From: Candidatus Scotarchaeum otlingeri | GTDB lineage: Archaea > Thermoproteota > Nitrososphaeria > Geothermarchaeales > JDFR-13 | Direction of reading: 5' to 3' | Assembly (NCBI GenBank): GCA_002011075.2 | Contig: MTMA02000006.1 | Span: forward strand, 411,529-475,528 | Length of the DNA stretch: 64,000 nucleotides | Part shown: positions 57,883 to 64,000 of the stretch, piece by piece | Layout: the number at the start of each line of letters is the position of its first letter | Position numbering within the stretch: position 1 is the first letter of the stretch | Program-made: the position numbers and the translations under genes | Notes under the pieces: generated by a model | The model's input: only the letters and a program-made list of their open reading frames with translations | The model's database searches: none | What the model was told of the DNA's origin: nothing

Positions 57883-58695
57883 ATGTCTATGAAATTCAGG
57901 TTGCCGGATGAAATTCCGATAGAAGAGTGGCCGAAACCCGAGGAATTTGTGGAGGAGGCGATAAGAATAGTAAGTTATGCAGAGGATAATGGTGTTACCC
58001 TCCGAGTTATGGGTGGATTGGCGATACATATTCATAGTAGGGAGTACGATAAACTATGGAGGGATTTGGGGAGACTAGGTGAAAAAGTCTTTACAGATAT
58101 AGATCTCGCTGGATATAGTAAACAAAGGGATGACCTACTAAAAATTATGGAGGAGCTTGATTATAAGATATGGAAGCAGTCGATGTACTATTTCGCCGGT
58201 AGGAGATATATCTTCTTCGGAAAAATACCTATGGTGGAAGTATTTTTTGATAATTTAAGTATGAATCATAACATAAACCTTAAGGATAGGCTAGAGAGTG
58301 ATAAATATACATTACCCCTAGCCGAGCTTTTAATGAGCAAACTACAGATAGTAAAGATTAATGAAAAAGATATTAAAGATGCAATACTTCTTTTAAGGGC
58401 CCATGATATAGGGGACGATGATGATGACAGGGTCAATGGAAAGGTTATAGCTGAAGTGATGTCTAGGGATTGGGGTTTCTACTATACCTTTACCTCTAAC
58501 CTCAAAACGGTCCTAGAGAAACTTGATAATTATGAGGCCTTGTCTCAAGATGACATAAAAATCGTCTCAGATAGAATAAACCGTCTATTATCACTGATAG
58601 AATCTAAACCTAAATCACTGGGCTGGAAAATGAGGGCAAAAGTTGGAACTAAGAAGAAATGGTACAATGATGTCGATGAATGGATACAATTCTAG
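57883..58695 (+). CDS. Hypothetical protein (weak nucleotidyltransferase-fold-like pattern)
   Basis: 270-aa ORF 7 nt after the phosphoesterase gene. 'RVMGGLAIHIHS' ... 'FTDIDLAG' loosely resembles the GG...DxD pattern of minimal nucleotidyltransferases, but the spacing is long. The call is speculative. Confidence 0.5.
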   Translation: MSMKFRLPDEIPIEEWPKPEEFVEEAIRIVSYAEDNGVTLRVMGGLAIHIHSREYDKLWRDLGRLGEKVFTDIDLAGYSKQRDDLLKIMEELDYKIWKQSMYYFAGRRYIFFGKIPMVEVFFDNLSMNHNINLKDRLESDKYTLPLAELLMSKLQIVKINEKDIKDAILLLRAHDIGDDDDDRVNGKVIAEVMSRDWGFYYTFTSNLKTVLEKLDNYEALSQDDIKIVSDRINRLLSLIESKPKSLGWKMRAKVGTKKKWYNDVDEWIQF

Positions 58696-58705
58696 GTTGT
58701 AAACC

Positions 58706-59356
58706 ATGAGTGAAGAGAAGATACAGTCACTTATGCTATTAATAGAGATCTTTGACGGTCTATCTGTCTTTAGGAGATATAAGATAGAAGACATTGAAGG
58801 TATTGTAAATGAGTTAGGGGATAAACGGATAAGAGATAGATGGAGGAAAATAAGAAAAGATGTTGAAAGGATAGTATATTATCCCCTTGGACTTCCCAAA
58901 GTTCAAACACTGATTAAATTATCTACGCTATTCAAATTCATCAGCCCCATATCAATGATCTACTTAATATTTGTGATAGGAAGACTTCTTCATCCGGAGA
59001 TGCTTCCCTTTCCCTTTCTAACAAACCCAATCTACTTATTAATTGCCCTACTCATAGCAACTATGGCTGGCTTCGGCTTTATGATTACAGACTACCTTAT
59101 CAGACGTACAATAGTAAGACATGAAGAAGCTGATTTCGATAGATTTATTCATATCAGGGGTAAGATGAAGGATATGGCTCAAGAATTGATCAGGATATTG
59201 ATTAAGGAGGTCGCTAAGTATAGGGTGGTTGATAGGAAGAGTTTTGTAATGGAGCTTTATCATGGTGATTATAAGGGTATCAAGCCAGTGAGAATTATAA
59301 ATAAGCATCTATGGATATTTCCACGTTCATATAAAACATATATATATGAAATATAA
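58706..59356 (+). CDS. Hypothetical membrane protein
   Basis: 216-aa ORF 10 nt after the previous gene. Two central hydrophobic helices are flanked by charged soluble segments. Confidence 0.5.
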   Translation: MSEEKIQSLMLLIEIFDGLSVFRRYKIEDIEGIVNELGDKRIRDRWRKIRKDVERIVYYPLGLPKVQTLIKLSTLFKFISPISMIYLIFVIGRLLHPEMLPFPFLTNPIYLLIALLIATMAGFGFMITDYLIRRTIVRHEEADFDRFIHIRGKMKDMAQELIRILIKEVAKYRVVDRKSFVMELYHGDYKGIKPVRIINKHLWIFPRSYKTYIYEI

Positions 59357-59454
59357 TCACATAACAATAATACTATTCAGAGCATTACCTTAACAATTTA
59401 TATTATATCCTTATATCTAAATGACTCCATTTACTCATTATAAGAACCTTATAG

Positions 59455-60849
59455 GTGAATAATCTTATGTCTCTACCTGATTCTCTTAAACGTGAAATGC
59501 AGCTATTTCAATCTAGGACCAAGAGATCTGGCGAGATCTATGAGGAAGCTAAAGAATATATCCCATTCGGGGTAAACAGTAACTATAGATATTCCGCTCC
59601 TTACCCTATATATGTAAGGAAGGCTAAGGGAACCCGGTTATGGGATGTAGATGGAAATGAATATATAGATTATTTCATGGCATATGGTGTGCTTACAACT
59701 GGGCACTCGCATCCACGATTAATTGAAGTTATAAGCGAGAGGATAAAAGAGGGAACTATACTTGGATTCGAATTCGAGGACTCTCATAGACTCGCCAAAG
59801 TGATATGTCGGCGCTTCAATGTGGACATGGTTAGGTTCTCCACCACAGGATTAGAGTGCACACACCATGCAATACGACTGGCAAGAGCCTATACCCAGAG
59901 AAACAAAATAATCAAGTTCCTTGGCACCTACCACGGATCACATGACTATATGCTTGTAAGCACCAAACCAAATATTTATGCCGCGGGACACTACAAATAC
60001 CCAGCCAAGATACCTTCCTCACCCGGGATACCTAAATCAACGCTTGAGGATATAGTTATAGCTCAATTTAATGACCTAGAATCTGTGGAGGATGCATTCA
60101 AAAAGTATCCAGATGATATATCAGCAGTGATTCTTGAGCCTGTACCTATGAATATGGGAGTAATTCTGCCCAAAAAAGGATTTCTTGAGGGTCTAAGGAA
60201 GTTATGCGATGAATATGGAGCTATACTTATTTTCGATGAAGTAAAGACATCTGGGAAATATTATGGAGGGGCATCCGAGGCATTTGGAGTTGAGCCAGAT
60301 ATGAAGGTTATGTCGAAAGCTATTGCAGGGGGTTTTCCATTATCTGTTATAGCGGGTAAAAGAGAAATAATATCTCATTACGGCCCGGGCCTAGTTGCAC
60401 ATGCTGGTACATTCAATTCTAACCCAGTATCTATAACGGCTGGATTGGTTACTCTAGAGGAAATTCTCACTAGAGATGCGATGAATAGGGCTATAGCTAT
60501 TAGCGAGGACTTAGCTAAGGGGTATAGAGATATATTAAGTGATGCGGGTATCGAGAATAGCGTCGTAACTTTTGGAACTAGCGGCAATCTCTACTTTACC
60601 AGCAGAGAAATACATAACTACCATGATATGCTTAAATATCTTCACATCGGGAGGTGGTTTGCATTTTATGTGGCCATGATGAATAGAGGTATCTTACCAT
60701 CAGCCTTTGGATTTGATGAACAGTGGACTGTCTCCATTCTTCATACAGGGGATGATAATCAAAACCATCTAGATGCACTGCAGGATGTTGTACCTTTGCT
60801 AAAGGAGGATATACCAAATATACGTCTATTATCACTGGAAGCTTATTAA
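59455..60849 (+). CDS. Class-III aminotransferase, glutamate-1-semialdehyde 2,1-aminomutase-like
   Basis: 'PFGVNSNYRY', 'WDVDGNEYIDY', 'FDEVKTS' and the PLP-lysine region 'MSKAIAGGFPLS', collinear with HemL-type enzymes. No other tetrapyrrole genes are nearby. GTG start as listed. Confidence 0.8.
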   Translation: MNNLMSLPDSLKREMQLFQSRTKRSGEIYEEAKEYIPFGVNSNYRYSAPYPIYVRKAKGTRLWDVDGNEYIDYFMAYGVLTTGHSHPRLIEVISERIKEGTILGFEFEDSHRLAKVICRRFNVDMVRFSTTGLECTHHAIRLARAYTQRNKIIKFLGTYHGSHDYMLVSTKPNIYAAGHYKYPAKIPSSPGIPKSTLEDIVIAQFNDLESVEDAFKKYPDDISAVILEPVPMNMGVILPKKGFLEGLRKLCDEYGAILIFDEVKTSGKYYGGASEAFGVEPDMKVMSKAIAGGFPLSVIAGKREIISHYGPGLVAHAGTFNSNPVSITAGLVTLEEILTRDAMNRAIAISEDLAKGYRDILSDAGIENSVVTFGTSGNLYFTSREIHNYHDMLKYLHIGRWFAFYVAMMNRGILPSAFGFDEQWTVSILHTGDDNQNHLDALQDVVPLLKEDIPNIRLLSLEAY

Positions 60850-60949
60850 CAGAGAGTATAAGAATTCAAATTTTTTTATCATAACCTTTTTACTTAAATT
60901 ATAATAATTAAGAATAATTAGCCGTATAAGAATTATTTTTTGAGGAGGG

Positions 60950-61909
60950 ATGGAACCATCATCCAATAAAGTACAAAGGATTGAGATACCTATTCCCATC
61001 AAAGCGTTAAAGACTGTAAACGCGTATTTACTAACATCACAGAGAGAGTCTCTATTGATTGATACAGGTATGGGTCTAGAACCATTAAACAAATACCTAA
61101 ATAGAAATATTGATAAAGCCATAATTACACATTTGCATATCGATCATATAGGTGGAGTTACAGATATTATTCGTGAAACAGGAGCAGAAGTATATATCCA
61201 TGAATCCGACTGGAGACGAATAGAGACGTTGATGAATGATCCTATAAGATCCCTCAAAAATATAAAAAGGTTATTCCTGGAAAACGGAACACCCAGTAAG
61301 CTTATCGAGGAAATGCTGAATCTCCATCCTGGATATAGCCTTATGGAAAAATATAGATATCTGGAAGGCGTCAATCCATTAAAAGATAAGGATAAAATAG
61401 GGGTTGGCGAAAGAATACTAGAAGTAATATGGACCCCGGGCCATTCCCCTGGTCATATATGTATCTATGAAAGAAACCTAAAAATATTATTTACAGGAGA
61501 CCATATTCTTCCCGATATAACGCCTAACATCCCTTTAATATCATGGGATACAGACCCCCTCAAAGACTATTTGTCAAGCCTAGAGAAAGTGAAATCCTTC
61601 GCTATCAAGCTTGCGTATCCAGGGCATAATAACCCTATAACTAACTTGACAAAACGTATCGATGAATTAGAGGCGCATCATGAAATGCGTCTTAAAGCAA
61701 TCCTGAAATTAATAGGGGATAGAGAATTATCGGCATATGAAATAGCTTCTCGACTTGAATGGGACGTCGATTTTCCCTCATGGAGTATGTTTCCAACTAT
61801 ACAGAGATATTTTGCTATTGCAGAGACCCTCTCCCACCTAAAATATCTCTATGTAATGGGTAAAATAGAGAGGAGGGAAATGGGAGGGGTATATTACTAC
61901 AAGGCTTAA
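60950..61909 (+). CDS. Metallo-beta-lactamase fold hydrolase
   Basis: 'ITHLHIDHIGG', 'TPGHSPGH', 'FTGDHILP', 'YPGH'. The C-terminal about 70 aa looks winged-helix-like. Confidence 0.8.
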   Translation: MEPSSNKVQRIEIPIPIKALKTVNAYLLTSQRESLLIDTGMGLEPLNKYLNRNIDKAIITHLHIDHIGGVTDIIRETGAEVYIHESDWRRIETLMNDPIRSLKNIKRLFLENGTPSKLIEEMLNLHPGYSLMEKYRYLEGVNPLKDKDKIGVGERILEVIWTPGHSPGHICIYERNLKILFTGDHILPDITPNIPLISWDTDPLKDYLSSLEKVKSFAIKLAYPGHNNPITNLTKRIDELEAHHEMRLKAILKLIGDRELSAYEIASRLEWDVDFPSWSMFPTIQRYFAIAETLSHLKYLYVMGKIERREMGGVYYYKA

Positions 61910-61915
61910 CCACAT

Positions 61916-63835
61916 TCATTTTTCCTTAAGTATTTTCACTACGCTTCTAATTTCATCGATGGCGGATGCATCCTCTATAGTGGAGTAGTCGCCCAGTGGA
62001 CTGTCAGTAATTATCGCCCTTATCAGCCTCCTCATTATTTTTCCACTCCGTGTCTTAGGAACCTTTGAAACGAAAAGTATATCACTTATGACCGCGATGG
62101 GTCCAAGAGTCTTCCTGACGAGCAGCCTGAGTTCATTCTCTAACTCCTTCGATGCTTTATATCCTCCTTTCAATACCACGAAGGCACAAGCAACTTCTCC
62201 CTTAATTGGGTCGGGTCTACCAATAACCGCTGCTTCGGCAACAGCAGGGTGTGAGACTAATATATTTTCGATCTCGATAGTCCCGATTCTATGGCTAGCT
62301 ATTTTTATAACCTCATCTACTCTACCCATAAACCATATATATCCATCCTCATCCTTCATAGCGGCATCGCCGGTATAATAACATCGAGGTATCTTCCCCC
62401 AATAATCCTTGAAATACTTTTCTTCATCCTCCCATATACTGGGTGTTAAACCAGGGAATGGTCTTCTACACACGAAATGTCCCTGAACACCTGGAGGTAA
62501 AGAATTCCCCTCATCATCCACCACATCTGCATCTATACCCGGGAGAGGAATTGTAGCGGAACCCGGCTTAATAGGGAGTAGGGCGATCCCGTAGGGATTG
62601 CCGACCATAGGACCGCTGCTCTCTGTCTGCCACATGTGATCTATTACGGGAATCCGATCCTCAAAAACCTTCTTCTGAAGCCACTCCCATGCAGGGGGGT
62701 TCAGCACCTCACCCGCGCAGAAAACCACCCTCACACTGGATAGATCATATTTTTTCGGATAATCATCACCATACTTCATTAACGCCCGTACGGCAGTAGG
62801 AGATATCCATAATTGGGTCACCCTATTCCTCTCCATAATCTGCCACCATATATCTGGCATAGGATAATCCGGAACTCCCTCATACATAATTGTCGAGCAG
62901 CCGAAGAGTAAAGGTGCATATACAACATAGCTATGTCCCACTATCCAGCCGATGTCCGATGTAGACCACCATACATCGGTAGGCCTCATGTCGTATACCC
63001 ATTTACCCATTGCGTAGATATACACCATGTAGCTTCCATGGGGCTGAACTGTTCCCTTAGGCTTAGCTGTAGTGCCTGATGTATACAATATGAATGCCAA
63101 TTCATCAGATTTCATCGGCTCAACATCAGCCTTTACTCCTTTACCCAAGTCAACAGCGTCATCCCAAAATATATCTCTATCGCGATCCATCCTAATCTCT
63201 TCATCGCTTCTCCGTAGGACGATTACTTTCTCGACGGTCCTTGTATACTTCAAAGCCTCATCAACAACCTTCTTTAGGTGTATAGTCTTACCCCTCCTAT
63301 ATCCCACATCCGCGGTAACCACTATCTTGGAGCCGGCATCATTTATCCTCTCGGCGAGGGCTTCATATCCAAAGCCGCCAAATACAACTGAATGTATAGC
63401 CCCTATCCTAGTAGTTGCTAGCATGGCAACAGCGCCCTCCGGAACCATAGGCATATATATCGTTACCCTGTCTCCTCTATTGATTCCTAGGGCCTTAAGC
63501 GCTGAGGAGAATCTCTTTACATGATAAAGTAGATGATTATACGTATAGACCCTGGTCTCATCGAGTTCACCGCTCTCCCAAATAATGGCGGCTTTATTGC
63601 CCCATCCCCGTCTAACATGTCTATCTACACAGTTATATGATAAGTTTGTTACGCCATCGATAAACCACTTGAATCTTGGATATTTCCATTCGAAGACCTT
63701 ATCCCACTTCTTAAACCACTCCAGTTCTTCCGCGATTTCTCCCCAGAAATTCTCAGGGTCTTCCAGAGCCCTCTTTAGCATCCATTTAAGATGTGGCGGT
63801 ATCTCTACCCTTGGTTTAACCTTCAACTCGTCCAC
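61916..63835 (-). CDS. acs: Acetyl-CoA synthetase (AMP-forming)
   Basis: 639 aa. AMP-binding signature 'YTSGTTAKPKG', 'WQTESSG', 'YYTGDAA' and the C-terminal 'KTRSGKIMRRLIR'. Confidence 0.9.
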   Translation of the reverse strand: MDELKVKPRVEIPPHLKWMLKRALEDPENFWGEIAEELEWFKKWDKVFEWKYPRFKWFIDGVTNLSYNCVDRHVRRGWGNKAAIIWESGELDETRVYTYNHLLYHVKRFSSALKALGINRGDRVTIYMPMVPEGAVAMLATTRIGAIHSVVFGGFGYEALAERINDAGSKIVVTADVGYRRGKTIHLKKVVDEALKYTRTVEKVIVLRRSDEEIRMDRDRDIFWDDAVDLGKGVKADVEPMKSDELAFILYTSGTTAKPKGTVQPHGSYMVYIYAMGKWVYDMRPTDVWWSTSDIGWIVGHSYVVYAPLLFGCSTIMYEGVPDYPMPDIWWQIMERNRVTQLWISPTAVRALMKYGDDYPKKYDLSSVRVVFCAGEVLNPPAWEWLQKKVFEDRIPVIDHMWQTESSGPMVGNPYGIALLPIKPGSATIPLPGIDADVVDDEGNSLPPGVQGHFVCRRPFPGLTPSIWEDEEKYFKDYWGKIPRCYYTGDAAMKDEDGYIWFMGRVDEVIKIASHRIGTIEIENILVSHPAVAEAAVIGRPDPIKGEVACAFVVLKGGYKASKELENELRLLVRKTLGPIAVISDILFVSKVPKTRSGKIMRRLIRAIITDSPLGDYSTIEDASAIDEIRSVVKILKEK

Positions 63836-63921
63836 CCATGTAATGGGAGGACTATAGCTGAATAAGAGCTTATGATATAGATATTTTATATAATTTAATT
63901 ATAAAGAATTAGAGTAACCAC

Positions 63922-64000
63922 CTACCTAACCACTTTCCTAGCCATCCTCTTAAGCTCTTCTTCCCTTAACTCCCTCCTAAGTATCTTACCCACCGTACTC
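63922..64000 (-). CDS. C-terminal end of a second AMP-dependent synthetase/ligase (gene continues beyond window)
   Basis: The reverse-strand translation of the last 79 nt reads '...TVGKILRRELREEELKRMARKVVR*' with stop codon at 63922-63924. 'GKI.RR.LR' is the conserved C-terminal motif of adenylate-forming enzymes. The fragment is short, so this is tentative. Confidence 0.4.
   Translation of the reverse strand, partial: STVGKILRRELREEELKRMARKVVR

Noticed and set aside
60832-61122. 96-aa minus-strand ORF spanning the spacer and the 5' end of the MBL hydrolase gene
   Set aside because: It overlaps two better-supported genes and the promoter region between them, and its isoleucine/leucine-rich translation fits AT-rich noise.
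62088-63857. Plus-strand ORFs (96, 150 and 90 aa) opposite acetyl-CoA synthetase
   Set aside because: They are antisense to a gene with the complete AMP-binding signature and show no independent support.

Overview
AT-rich, densely coding archaeal chromosomal segment, most likely from a hyperthermophilic crenarchaeon (Thermoprotei type). The taxonomic cues are a full-length reverse gyrase, a Sulfolobus-type zinc ferredoxin, an archaeal complex-I operon (nuoD-H-I-J-K-L-M-N, no nuoEFG seen), indolepyruvate:ferredoxin oxidoreductase, a geranylgeranyl reductase and a tetraether-synthase-like radical SAM enzyme. I support about 63 protein-coding genes. These include a complete [NiFe]-hydrogenase maturation set (hypC-D-E-C'-F, hypB-A), lipA/lipB, glyA, endonuclease IV, threonine dehydratase, several aminotransferases, SufS, acetyl-CoA synthetase, transporters and an Lrp regulator. 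I found no rRNA, tRNA, CRISPR array, integrase or transposase, so this reads as core chromosome rather than an accessory island. The only RNA genes I can argue for are two tandem C/D-box-sRNA-like units in a GC-rich island at 37429-37547. The most interesting locus lies just downstream of that island, at 37584-40674. It is a tight three-gene operon encoding a RecA/RadB-like protein that lacks its Walker A P-loop, an 81-aa protein, and a PolB2/Dpo2-like family-B DNA polymerase with degenerate exonuclease motifs and an altered motif C. This arrangement is formally reminiscent of bacterial ImuA-ImuB-DnaE2 mutasome cassettes. Secondary observations are a cysteine-less HypC paralogue, hyp genes with no hydrogenase structural genes in the window, an orphan SPPY DNA methyltransferase, a metallophosphoesterase/unknown/membrane-protein trio, and perfect palindromes next to a Cys/His-tailed HTH regulator. 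All functional calls rest on motif recognition by eye. No database searches were run.
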